From the human T2T-CHM13v2.0 reference genome, Homo sapiens: DNA of 64,000 nt. The notes beneath the pieces are model-generated. The model searched no databases. It was not told the origin of the DNA and saw only the letters and a program-made list of their open reading frames with translations. Position numbers and translations under genes: made by a program. Positions 50,409-64,000 of the stretch are shown one piece after another; position 1 is the stretch's first letter, and the number at the start of each line of letters is the position of its first letter. The stretch lies in the NCBI RefSeq assembly GCF_009914755.1, contig NC_060929.1; one strand, given 5' to 3'.

Positions 50409-50938
50409 TACTTGAACAGAGTTTGAAGAGCTATATTATTAACTGTACACTTACCGTTAGATAATGTGACTTTGTCTCTTCAGGAAAGCATTCATGTGAT
50501 TTAAATTTATACAAATCAACATTATATAAAATAATTTTATTATAATTCGCCCAGTGTCACAGAAGCAATGACTTTTAAACGACTTTAAATGCCCTTTAGA
50601 ATGTAAGTATTTTGCCAGGTATAGGAGGAGGTGAACGTATAACAAAAAGAGAACAGCAAGAACCTAAAAACATGGGGACAAAAAAATGCAGACAGTGTTC
50701 AAACGCTTCGAGTTTGACAAGACAATGTTGTAGGGAGCTGAGACCTGAAAAAATAGGTTGGTAATGGACGATAAAAGGGCTTATCTGCAATTCTGTTTCC
50801 ATTTAAAGCTATAGGCCACTGGGTGCGCTGGTGGGTTTAAAGCAAGTGCCATTAAAGCAATAATTTATATGCCCCAAATTAAAGCACAAATAGGAATTTA
50901 TGCGTTTATTTAATTTTTGGGGCTTGAACTACCTTGAT

Positions 50939-51129
50939 CAGTGTTCTAACCTTGGCTACAAATTAGAATCACCTAGGGAGCGTTAAAAAACAAACAAACA
51001 ACAACAACAACAAAACCAATACCAGGGCTCCACTTCCTGTTTTAGTTGGTTAGGAGGGGGACTTGGGATCTACAATTCTTAAAAGCTCTCCAGGGAATAC
51101 TAGTGAGCATAGAGGATTGAGAACCACTG
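50939..51129. mobile_element. MER5-family MITE
   Basis: cagtgttct...ttagaatcacctagggagc...ttgagaaccactg inverted termini. Confidence 0.8.
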
Positions 51130-52620
51130 ATCTCAATAAATAACCACTGGTAAGTTATTTTTACCTTAACTAATATTTCAGGCAAAAGTAAGTTCTGCAC
51201 TTACTTATCTGGAGAAGTAGCCCAATTCACCATTAAGGCCAGAATATTGATACCTTAGAGAATTTCATGATCTCTATTAATGTGAAGTGACACTGATACT
51301 TTTAAATAATTTTTACATGGCACAAAATTATCTGTGAGTGCCAACTCCAAGATGTGGTTGCAGGGCAAAGCTTAAATATGGATTAATCTTATTTTTTAGA
51401 CTAGTTTTTAATTTGAATTAGCTGCCACCCAATAGAAGTAGAGTTCTATAGTCTCAGGGTGCCTAGACAAATAAATGAAATAAGCTGGCAAATCAAATTC
51501 CTCAGTCCTAAGCAACTTTTAATATAGCAGTTAAATTAGAACTAGTATCCAGAAGAGATCATAAAGAAAATAAACTCTAGAGCAAAAATTAAATAATAAT
51601 TAAACACAAAACTTTCTAACAGATGACTAACATAATGGTATTTAAGCTAACTCTGCTATTTTTCTAGAACATTTAGAATAAATTCTGAAGCTCCAAGAAG
51701 CTAAGATCCTATCACCAAACTGTGACTCAGCTGTCCTGCCCACAGAATGTTTGAAGTTACCAATAAAGCACTCTCTCTTCCCCACCTGTTTTTATAACAA
51801 GTTCCTAAGAATCTTCAGAAATAACTCTTTGCTGACTTTTCTCTCCTCAGAGACTTTAAGAAAAGCTCCTTTTCTATCCCTGATCTAGTTATCTCTTCTG
51901 TGTACAATCTTAAAAAAAAAAAAAAAAAAGACTATAAAGTATTACATCTCTCCTTTCATTCCTGTGACCTTCAACTTCCATCATGGATTTTCTCCCTTTT
52001 CCTCATTCTCCCCTTCCTTTTCTGGGGTTTGCTAGAATTTATTTCCTTAAATCTACAGAGAAACAGAAGCAGTCCTGCAAGTTGCTGCAATATTCTGAAA
52101 GAGGCATTTTAAAATTTTTTTATCTATGAACTTAGTCTATTTGTTGTTTTGCCCATTTCAAAGCATATTTTAAGTAAAACCAACATAGTAAACTTCTTAA
52201 ACACACAGAACTTTCAGCAGTCATTTTGGTAAACAACATAAACCATATAATTAGGCACATTTGTAAATATGTGTTATGTTTCTATGTATCACAAATGCGT
52301 ATGTGCTCCTATGAAATTTTTTTAAAAAGCAAGCAAGGACTGGTTAATGTAACCAATTTCCACATCACTTTTCATTATCTAGATTTCAGTACATATACCA
52401 TACATACAGTTATGTGACCAGTTTTCAACCAAAAAACTTACATTTGTAAGTAATTTTATTCCCATAAGCCATTTTCAGGTTGTCTTTTGCTAACAAAATG
52501 TGCATATACATTCTACACCTCTGTATTTCCCTCATCAGATTTTTTAATTAAAATTACCAAGTAAAGTTTATCTGTACTTTACGAATCTAATAGATCAATC
52601 AGCATAAAGTATATTGTTCT

Positions 52621-52919
52621 GGCTGGTGTGGTAGCTCAAGCCTATAATCCCAGAGAATTTGGGAAGCCGAGGCAGGAGGATCACTTGAAGCCAGAAGTTT
52701 AAGACCAGCTGGGGCAACATAGCAAGACCCTGTCTCAGGAAATATTATTAAAATTAGCCAGTTGCGGTAGCACGTACTTGTAGTCCCTGCTACTCTGCGG
52801 AGGCGGGAGGATCTCTTGAGCCCAGGCGTTCAAGGCTGCAGTGAGATATGATCACACCACTCTCCAGCCTGGATGACACAGCAAGACCCTGTCTCTAAAA
52901 AATAAAAATAAATTTAAAA
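52621..52919 (+). mobile_element. AluJ
   Basis: Dimer with J diagnostics (aggaggatcacttga, catagcaagaccctgtctc). Confidence 0.92.
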
Positions 52920-54866
52920 TATATATATATACTCTCCTGAATTGTTCTTTGCAAATTCTTAAATAACACACTATATACCTTGCTTAAATGAATACATATT
53001 ACCATGAATGTATATTATCAAAGAAAATAAAAGTTGGTATTTACGTTTTATTACAATGGTAATCATAGATATCTACAGCATACTTGCTTTTAAAAAAGGA
53101 ATATAAATAGGATTTTCAGAAAAAAAGCTTAATTTGTACTTTTTTCTGCATTCAAACTAATAATTAGGATATGTTTCTCCCAACAGGTCGAAGAAAAGCA
53201 TGTAAGTATGCATTTTTGTATTCTTTTACTTGCTTAGAGCCTTCCAAAAACCTGATTTTTTAAAAAAATATATGTTGATACACACACACACACACACAGA
53301 ACATCTGTAACAAGCATATAGACAGAGAGAGAAAGAGAAAGAACTTATTTTTCCATCAATTTTTGCCACATATTTTCATCAACTTCTGTGAGAATTCTAC
53401 TTAAAGATCAATAGAGGATATAACCCTTAGTAAGCATGATTAAATAAAATAGAAAATGCTGTTTCTAAGCCCCTGTTTTAGCTTTGGCTTTACTTTTTTT
53501 CCCCCTCCAGATCTAAACTGGCTAAGCAAAGTAAGTGTAGAATTATGGCAAACTAAGATATTCTTTCCTCATATTATGTGTATTTTTTTTTTTAGGTAAA
53601 AGACTTCTTTAGGGGGATTTTGGTGTCAGTATTTTTCGAGTCTGGGAAAAATTGTTCTCCTACTGCAGATTTATAACTCTAGTCTGAGACTTCTAAATGC
53701 CTTATGCCAACATTGTAAATTTTATTGTGATGCTGTTAAGTTACAGTTTAAGGTATAATTTTTTTAAAAGCATTTCATCTTGTAGTTTGGGATAATAGTT
53801 ATAAAGCTGGTCTCTATAGAAACCATTTTAACTTATGATCTTAGAACGCCAGGTAATAATGCAGAGGATTATTGGCCAAAACTTTTTTTTTAATGAGAAA
53901 TATTTTACTGAATTGACTCTTTCTAAACTCAAGTCTGGGGAGGAGCGTGTGCTCTTAAGATGACTACCTTTTAATCAGAGATTATCACTCTCCATTTCCA
54001 TTAGTCTCTCTTTTTTTGGCATGTGATGTATGCTAAATTAAATAGGATTTATTGGTTCAGCTAGATTCTGAATTACCCTCTTTTCCTGTGGATTAGGAGA
54101 GTGCATTTTTAGCCCTTTTCCTTGAAATCCATCAGGATCTTTTATGTGGACTATCTAGTATTCTGCACACTTCCAATGCTTAATAAATATTACATTACAA
54201 TATTAGCATAATAATAAATCATCTTAAAGTACTACCTGGGCTATTGAGATCCCATTCAGTTTGAGCCAAGACATCAAAAAGTTTTATTTTCTCTATATGC
54301 ATGCAAAATAATTTAAAACTCCCTTTCCATGAAATGTCCTTGCATCCATAAGTCTACATGTTACAAAGTGAAGTGGTGAAGTGTGTACCTTCCAGTTACA
54401 CATTTCACTTGTTCAATATATTCTGGGGACTGAATTTGCCATTTTAATAAGAGAGAGTTTAAAATTGGGCAGACAAAAATGGAAATAGCACCATTTGTCA
54501 AGTAAATGTTCTTTTCCCAATGGCAATTCTGAAATTTTTATACAAGATTACCAGGCCAGCAGCTAGATAGTGTTTCTTGCCATTAAGAAGTTCTGCTTTG
54601 TCTATGATTGGTTATGTCACACAGACCTAGAGTAACAGCCACTGAAAACATGAGGATTTTCCTTACAGTTACAGAAACAAAAATGAAGTAGAAAATGATT
54701 CCGTTAACACAATACTATCCTCACTGGTTGCTTTAAGGACGGTCCTAGTTTGAAACTGCCATCAAGGAAAAGAATAAAAATATTTCCCTTCCAAAGATAG
54801 TGTTCAAATATTGTACATTTTATCCACCTATATATAAATCAAATGGTATAAAAATGATGCATCATC

Positions 54867-55359
54867 TGTGGTAGATAGCAAAATGGCCCAGATCACCTCC
54901 TTACAGTGTAATTTTGCAATTAGTCCTCCTCCCCATCAATAGATAAGAGTTTTGTTTTGTTTTGTTTTGTTTTTTACCCTTTACACCTGAACTGATGTTG
55001 TGACTTGCTTTGGCTAACAGAATGTGGCAAAAGCAATGCTGTACCAATTTTGAGCCCTACCTCATGCAGTCTTCAAGCATTCCTGTAAGAAGGCTGTCCA
55101 GTTGCCATGCAGACAAGCCTAAGCTAGCATTCTGGTTAATGAGAGGCATGTAGCCTAGTCACTCCCAGTGTCCAATCCAATCCCCAGAAACAGGGCTACC
55201 TTGATGACTGGCAGCTGCCTGCAGATGCCTATAGATGTATGAAGAAGCCCAGTTGAGACTAGAAGAACTGTGCACCAAAGCCCAGCCTAAACTGCCAATG
55301 GTTCTTGTAAGTCCCCACATTTTGAGGTGTTTGTTATACAGCAACAAATAACAGATACA
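54867..55359 (+). mobile_element. MLT1 (ERVL-MaLR) solo LTR, MLT1G/H-like
   Basis: TGTGGTAG...ttgtgacttgctttggc...tttgttatacagcaacaaataacagataCA; TG..CA ends. Confidence 0.8.
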
Positions 55360-56399
55360 TCTTTTTCTTACATTATTGGAAATAAAAATTTGAATATTAT
55401 TTAGCTCAAATGTTGTTATTTTTCACAACCTTTTCATTACTGAATTACTTTGTGTTAAATTTGTAATTGGTAATCACAACTTTCCAAATATCTCTAACAA
55501 CAATGTTTGTTTCTGCTGCGTTATAAATTTCATAGGGAGACTTTGTCTTCAACACAAGCCTTACTTGGAACCCTAAATGAATACAATTAACATTCAGGCT
55601 TTTCTGATCCTCTTTGGATAATGTCATTTGGTTAGAAGAGCAAACCTGAGCAGACGATTTATCCAGAGGTGATTCTTCTTCTAAAGTGGTGTCCAGCAAG
55701 AAAAATGAAATGGTAAAATCAAAGGAAGCTATGTTTAGCTTCAACTCAAATCTCCGCATCACTCACTACTATTGATTTAACGTCATGGCACCTCCATATT
55801 TCAGCAGGAGGATCTGCCACAAGACAGAAACTATAGTGACCCTGTAAGGGTCATCTTGATGTCAACTTCAAATTACAACATCTCTGCTCTTGGCTGACAG
55901 CCATGGCAGGCCCAGGAAAGTACAGCTCTCTTTCTGTAGATGGAATAGATGTATTTCAAGGAAGTGAGATTATAAAGGGAAATATTATATGTCAAATCGC
56001 CTCTTCCTGTAAGGTTCTAAAATGAGAGGAAGGTTTTGTCAGGGTCGCTTATATGCAGTCCCCCAGGTCTGTTTACTAGCCCAAGTTTATTCATCCAAGT
56101 TTCTAATGTGTGCCATCTAGGGTGGAGTCTAATCCACAAACTCAAAGTCATCATTCCAGCTCTCACTGCATTTTCTTCCTCTGCAGCAACGGAACCGTTG
56201 GCTACCCTTCCTTCTTATCCTTTGGAGTTTGTTATTTCACACTTGCAGAGTTGTTTTGTTTGTTCGTTTGTTTGTTTTTAATCTCCAACTTTTTTTTTTC
56301 CACCACTTCATTTCTCACTCACAGCCCAGGTCCAGGCACATAGTAAACAACTTAATAATTCTTTGTGAAATGAATAAATGCATAGTACCCACTCCTTAA

Positions 56400-57446
56400 A
56401 TATAGGTGTTTTTCTTTAGACTCCTTCTTTACCAACATGATCTTCTTTAACAATTCCAACCACAGTTACAGCTCCAATTATAGTTTCTTTATGGCTGTCT
56501 CCCAACTTCAGCTCTCGGACTTATTGTCTGCCACTATCAGAACCACCTCCCCAGGCTTCTGGTTGACTTTTCAGCTTAACTGTACTCCAATACCTCAAAG
56601 ACAGCAAGTCCAAAAAATGCATCTATTCTTTCAACAGACAGAGCTGCCTTGCTCTGGGCATTCCTGCTCTCCAGCATGCCAAGATCAGAATAAAATCCCC
56701 CACCAGTTCCCAAATGAGAACTTCTAGCTGACAGGCCTGATAAAGCAGAAGACTCAGTATTCTGTCAAGGAATGTAAAAATTCATTTTTCAAATTTTCAT
56801 TTCTATATCAAGTTGCCTCCTAACTGGTCTCAGCCATGTAATCTTACATCTGTCCAATGTCTATCCCATTCTGCAATCAGATTGATTTATTCCAAAGGGA
56901 AATCCTGATGTCATCTTCCACCATTTAAATGCCTTTCCATATCTTTCAAAATAAAGACAAAACCCTTAACATAGATACCAAGCCCTGGCCAAGCTGATCC
57001 CTGCCTTCCTCTCACCTCTTTTCATAGAATTGTTGCCACATCAATAACTGCAGCCACTCTGGCCTTCTGTCATGTCTTCAAAGAAGCCATGCATCTCTTT
57101 GTCTCCAGGTCTTTGCTTATGCTATCGCCTCTGTCCAAAACATTTAGGGTCCTACCTGGTTAACTTGTATTCATCCTTCAAACCTCAGCTCAGATGTCAC
57201 TTCCTCAGTCAAATCTCTTCTGACCCCAGAGAATAGACCAAGACTACTCTAAATAACCATATGGCACTGAGGTCATTTTCTTTATACCACCTGTGCCCTG
57301 ATTGAAATTCCGTACTTGTTTGGCTATTTCATCTGTTTCCTCTTCTAGTTCAATTGCTTTCCATTATCTCTCCAAAGCTTAGCATTGTGCACAGCATGTA
57401 GTAGGCACTCTATAAATATACACTGAATGAATGAATAAATGAATGA
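56400..57446 (+). mobile_element. L2 3' portion
   Basis: ctcagctcagatgtcacttcctc... ending agtaggcactctataaatat...tgaatgaatgaataaatgaatga. Confidence 0.75.
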
Positions 57447-57959
57447 GAGTGCTAGTACCTTACACTGTGTGTTCTCTTGTGGTTGCTATTAGGAACCAGA
57501 TCTCAGGGTTATACAAAAGGCAGTGGAGATAAGAGGGAGGGACAGTCAAGTGACTCTCAAAGATTTGGAAAAGGATTTCCCTCAGAAGGTTTAAGCAGAG
57601 AAGCTCCACACAATAGACCCCAGCAGAGAGATACAAAACCCACCTTAAAGAAATACTTGCAACCTAGATCCAGATCTAACTGAAGGTCTTTCTGTTTCTA
57701 AAAAACGAATGTGATAACCTCAAACGGAGCCAGTCAGAAATGGAGTGAAGAAAACAAAATTACCTGAGGCAAATTCAGTTTTCATTCCTGAGTACTCGAG
57801 GAAAGTGTTGTTTGGGCAGGTTGACAGCTAAATCCAAATTATAGACGGCTCCACCTAGCTGTCTCAACAAAATACCATTAAACATTTCTGTCACATAACA
57901 TCCCCCTTCTACTGATGCCACCAAACAACCTGTTAATAATTTGCCTTCAATGTAGTTTG

Positions 57960-58180
57960 CTATTCACTCATTTATTCATTCATTCATGTATTCAATCATA
58001 AATATATAAAATCATTTATTCATTAATAAATTTATTGAGAACAAGTATGTTCTAACGTGTGCCATGCTTTTAGGATATAATGGCAAGCAATACCAAGCTG
58101 TTCCCTAACTTCACAGAGCTTATATTACAGTCTAACAGGTAGCACAGACAATTAAAAAAGCAATTTATTATAAAAGTGTT
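57960..58180 (-). mobile_element. L2 3' end
   Basis: (ttca)n tail then tttattgag...ttcacagagcttatatt. Confidence 0.65.
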
Positions 58181-58504
58181 GGATCCTATTGTGAACTAAC
58201 GCTGCCTGCCTGCTTAACATCCTTCAGTTGGAGAACTTTTTCTCCTATCTTTCTGATCCTAGTGAAGTTATCCATTGCCATGGCCTAGCACCCTGCAACA
58301 CCACCACAGCCCTATCACCACTACAGGGGAGAGTATGTTACTAAATTAGGCCTCTCAGGGTACTTGTTGAGATTTGTAAAAGGAGCTGGGATTGCAAGGG
58401 CCTGCCCTTTTTTGGAATTTTGAGTTATGTGGATATAGGTTTGAGAAATTTTACTACGCTGGAGAGTAGGGTTTCCAGAGTTGACAAATAAAAATAGAAG
58501 ATGT

Positions 58505-59510
<1,006 letters not shown>

Positions 59511-59592
59511 TAATAGTTGTTACTACCATTAATTACATTAATTATAGATAAGTTCTACATGTCAGGATTTCAAGATTACTATATACTTTTAA

Positions 59593-59937
<345 letters not shown>

Positions 59938-60859
59938 TGGTAGCACTTGACTTTGAAGCTCAACAATGTACAGTTTGGAGCTGAAGAAATGGCACTGGAG
60001 ATACCTGGATATCAGTAAATGGACCTCTCCCCAGGATTTTAGCTTTAGGAGCATCCATAAATCAAGAGGGGAGATTTCAAACATCATCCTTGTCCCTTGA
60101 TGTCCTAATTTAAAAAAGCAACTTTTCTGCAGCCACAAGGTAACTTAGCAGCTGGTTCCTATGCAGGTGAATTATGGCTTAAGAAATAATAAAAAGAAAT
60201 TGTGAATTACTAAATGACTTACATTGAAAAAAAGCAAGAAGGGAGGAAAGATGCATGAGCATAGGGAGAGAATTTTATAATATACCTGAGTCTACTCAAT
60301 GATAAATGTACATAATTAATCATACACACCATTTTGGCAAATGATATTTTTAAATGATAGAGGCAATTATCTGTACAATTACATATGCACAGGAATGCAT
60401 TATTTTCTGACTTTCAACAGGCAGCCTACCTTACAGAATAGGTAAAGAAGAGACTTACCTAATTTAGCATCCTACTTTGTAACCTCAATCTAATGAGGAC
60501 ATTTTTTAGTGATTAGAAGAGGTTGAGAAGAGGAATGTAATAATAGTAACTTCATGATTCTACTACTAATATCTTTGTGAAACTATTTAATCACTTATTG
60601 TTTCCATTTTGCACTGTAAAATATTGGTTACATATTCTCTTCCTCTCCCTCTAATGAAATATAATTTTCTAAATACCCTTTCAATGAATGTTTTAGAAAC
60701 AAATTAAAAAACTTGTGGAAACAAAGAATTTTGCTACTCTCTATAAATAACATTAAAGTGAAAAATTTCAGTGACTGCAGGAAGCAATGATCTCTTTTCT
60801 AACTTGATAGAATGAATTCACACTCTGCTATTTCTTCAGCCTCGTGGTCTTATCATATA

Positions 60860-61110
60860 AGGCAGTGTGGTGTAGTAAAAAGAGTTCAGTTTGGAACCAC
60901 ACAAATGTAGTTTCAAATCTGGCTCTGCAACTAATGGTGATCCTAACCTTCAGCAACTTACTAAACATTGCTAAGCCTCAAATTCTTTCTAAAAGTGAGG
61001 CTAATCATATCAATCTTGTAAAATATGCAATGAGCAGTATATGATACAATAATTTTCAGGTATTTTGTCTAATGTTAGGGATGCAACACATATTCAATAC
61101 TGTGTGTATT
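60860..61110 (+). mobile_element. MIR
   Basis: ggcagtgtggtgtagt...ttcaaatctggctctgc...gcctcaaatt; diverged. Confidence 0.65.
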
Positions 61111-61350
61111 ATTAGTGTTAAGTCCTCCTCCTCACTCAAGTTCTTTAATATCCTTTTAAAATAAATCTCAATGCCATTCTATCATTCACTCATTCTACCA
61201 ATGTATATTGAGCACCATGCATACATACAAGATATCATTACATAAATAAATGAGTCATTTTGGATATAAGTAAGGAAAAGATGGATTATTCAGAAAATGG
61301 CTTGGAATGACTGGTTAGCAATTTTGATCTTTAAGTTTGATGGTCTAAAA

Positions 61351-62030
61351 CTATGTTGTTCCATACAAAAGCTATTAGCCACATGTGACTACTGAGCATT
61401 TCAAATATGGCTATTTTAAATTGAGGTGTGCTGAAAATGTAAAATACACACAAGACTTTGAAAACCCAGTATGAAGAAAGGACTGCAAGATCTCTCATTA
61501 AAATATTTTTTGAATTGATCACATGTTGAAATGGTAATATTTTGTATATACAGTTGACTCCCAGTATCCATAGGGGATTGGCTCCAGGAACCCAGCAAAT
61601 ACCAAAATCTACAGATATTCAAGTCCCTTGTATAAAATAGTGTAGTGTTTGCATATAACCTAAGCACATCCTTCCATATGCATTAAATCATTTCTAGATT
61701 ACTAATAATATCGAATACAATGTAAATACTATGTAAATAGTTGATATACTGAATTGTTTTTTATTTCTGTTATTTTTAATTGTTGTTTTGTTACTTTTAT
61801 TTTTAAAATAAAAATAGTTTTAGTTTTAAAAACATATTTTTGATCCATGGCTGGTTGAATCCAAGGATGCTGAATCTCTGGACACAGTGGGCTAACTGTA
61901 TTGGATTAAATAAAATATATTATTAAAATGAATTTTATCTCCTTTTTGCTTTTTTGATGTGATTACTAGAAAAATTAAATGCTTCTTGCCCAATTTGTGG
62001 CTTGCATCATGTTTCTATTAGGCAGTGATG
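61351..62030 (-). mobile_element. MER33 (hAT-Charlie), split by MER2
   Basis: tagccacatgtgactactgagcattt...aatattttgtata | tattggattaaataaaatatatt...tttctattaggcagtg. Confidence 0.82.
61551..61898 (+). mobile_element. MER2, full length
   Basis: TA|cagttgactcccagtatccatagggg...aactg|TA. Confidence 0.9.
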
Positions 62031-62099
62031 GTTTCTTATAACAAGAAAGAAAGTAAGGAAAATAAAAAGAAAAGAAAAAATCTTTATTAACTAGAAGAT

Positions 62100-64000
62100 G
62101 GAGAGAGGAGGTGGATCAAGTTGGCCAAATAAATACCTCCACTAGTTGATCACCCACACCTCCACCCCTAGGGACACCAAATTGAACAACTATCCACACA
62201 AAAAAGAACCTTCATAAGAATTAAAACTCAGGTGAGCAATCACAGTACCTGGTTTTAACATCATATTAAGGAAAGAGGCACTGAAGAGGGTAAGAAAGAT
62301 AGTCTTGAATCACTTACATCACTCCTCCACCATCACCCAGCAGTGGCCATGTGGCACAGGGAATCTTGCAAGAGGGAGAGTGCAGTGACTGTATTAGAAC
62401 TCAGTGCTGCCCTGGTCACAGCAGAAAGGAACATGGGCAGAGAATTTGGGCCAGCCCCAACCAGAGGCAAACTGCCCATCCCAGCAGTCAGAACCTGAGT
62501 TCTGGCTAGCCCCGCCACTACAGGCTAAAGTGCTCTGGGGTTCTAAACAAACTTGAAAGGCAATTGAGGCCACAAAGACCACAATTCCTGAGCAAGTCCT
62601 GGTGCTGTGTTGGGCTCAGAGCCAGTGGACTTGGGGGTCACACAATGTAGTGAGACACCAGCTGGGATGGCAAGGGAGTGCTTGTGTCATTCTTCCCCCA
62701 ACCCCAGGCAGTGCAGCTTGCAGCTCTGGGAGAGACTTCCTCCTTCTGCTTGAGGCAACAAGAGGGGAGATTACTGAGGACTTGGTCTTGAAACCTGGAT
62801 ACCAGATCAGCTACAGTTGAATACGGTACGAGGCAGGGCCCTGAGGCCCTCATTCCAGGTCCTAGCTCCTGTGTGACAATTCTAGACACACCCTGGGCAG
62901 AAGGGAATCCACTGCCTTGAAAGGAAATACCCTGTCTAGGCAGGATTCATCACCTGCTGACTGAAGACTCCTTCAGCTCTGAATAATCAGCAGTGGTAGC
63001 CTGGCAGTATGCACTGCAGGCCTTGGGTGATTCTTAGAACCATGTGGTTTCAGGTGTGACCCAGCAAATTCCCAGCTGTGGTGGCTATGAAGAGAGACTC
63101 CTTCTCTTTGAGGAAATAAGAGGGAAGAGTAGAGGGGACTTTGTCTTGCAGCTTGGGTACCCGCTTAGTCACAAGTTTGTGGAATACAATAGGGTAGAAC
63201 ACCAAGCAGATTCCTGGGGTCCCTGATTCCAGACCCTTGCTCCTGGATGACATCTCTGCACCCACTCGCTGTCCTGAAGGGAAGAACACAAGCCTGGCTG
63301 GATTTGCCACCTGCTAATTAAAGAGCCCTTGGGCCTTGAGTGAACATAGGCAGTAGCAAGGCAGTTGACACTAAGGGTCTTGGTTGACACCCAGTTCTAT
63401 GCTGGTTACAGCTCTGACCAGGCACGGTCCCAGTGGTGGTGAATATAAGAGTGCTGGGGACACCTCTCCCCCAGCTTCAAGCAGCTCGGTACAGAGAAAG
63501 ACTGTTTGTTTGGGGGCAAGTAGGGGAAGAGAACAAGAATCTGCTTGATAATCCAGGGAATTCTGGATCTTCCCTAAGACCACCAAGGCAGTACCTCTAT
63601 GAGTCTGCAAGAGTCACAGCATTACTGGGCTTGGGGTGGCCACTAATGCAGATATGGCTACAGTGACCAAAGACTTAGATCACAGCACCCAAGTTCTTTC
63701 AAATACTTGGAAAGCCTTCCAAAGAAGAATGAGTACAAACAACCACAAGGTGCAAAGACTATGATAAATACCTAATTCTTCAACACCCTGACACCAACGA
63801 ACATCCACAAGCATGTTTACTGATGAACATCTAGGAAAACATGACCTCACCAAAGAAAATAAATAAGGCACCAGAGACCAAACCCAGAGAGACAGAGAGC
63901 TGACCTTTTAGAGAGGATTCAAAATAATTGTTTTGAGGAAGCTCAGTGAAATTCTAGGTACCACAGAGAAGGAATTCAGAATCCTATCAGATAAACTTAA
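62100..64000 (+). mobile_element. Old L1 (L1M1/L1MA-type) 5' UTR and start of decayed ORF1; runs off the window
   Basis: ~1.7 kb L1M-type 5' UTR, then ATG at 63841 giving MTSPKKINKAPETKPRETES* and, after a frameshift, FKIIVLRKLSEILGTTEKEFRILSDKL, resembling L1 ORF1p. Confidence 0.85.

Noticed and set aside
62333-63871. Cluster of short ORFs at the right end
   Set aside because: They lie in the decayed L1 5' UTR; ORF1 itself has an early stop and a frameshift.

Overview
Mammalian (human/primate) genomic DNA, not prokaryotic. The window holds the 5' end of EFNA5 (ephrin-A5) on the minus strand. Coding exon 1 (45454..45330, 125 nt: signal peptide plus start of the ephrin domain, ending at a CAG|GTAAGC donor) sits in a ~5 kb CpG island (~43850-48750). 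Positions 1-45329 are the proximal part of the very long intron 1, and about 18 kb of upstream flank follows the promoter. The rest is AT-rich non-coding DNA with Alu, L1, L2, MIR, MaLR LTR and Tigger/hAT fossils, several of them nested with readable TSDs, plus microsatellites. A ~16 kb stretch around the promoter shows no transposon I can recognise. I found no other protein-coding gene and no evidence for a novel multi-gene system. The best leads are RNA-processing hypotheses read from the sequence and untested: (i) a strong intronic acceptor at 35951 that would join exon 1 in frame to a hydrophobic 70-codon terminal exon; (ii) two YAG|GTRAG recursive-splice-like sites in intron 1; (iii) a second in-frame cryptic acceptor at 44834; (iv) splice signals for a divergent + strand transcript; (v) a strong-context GUG that would add a basic n-region to the signal peptide. 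Repeat subfamily calls come from recalled consensus similarity, not from a search.
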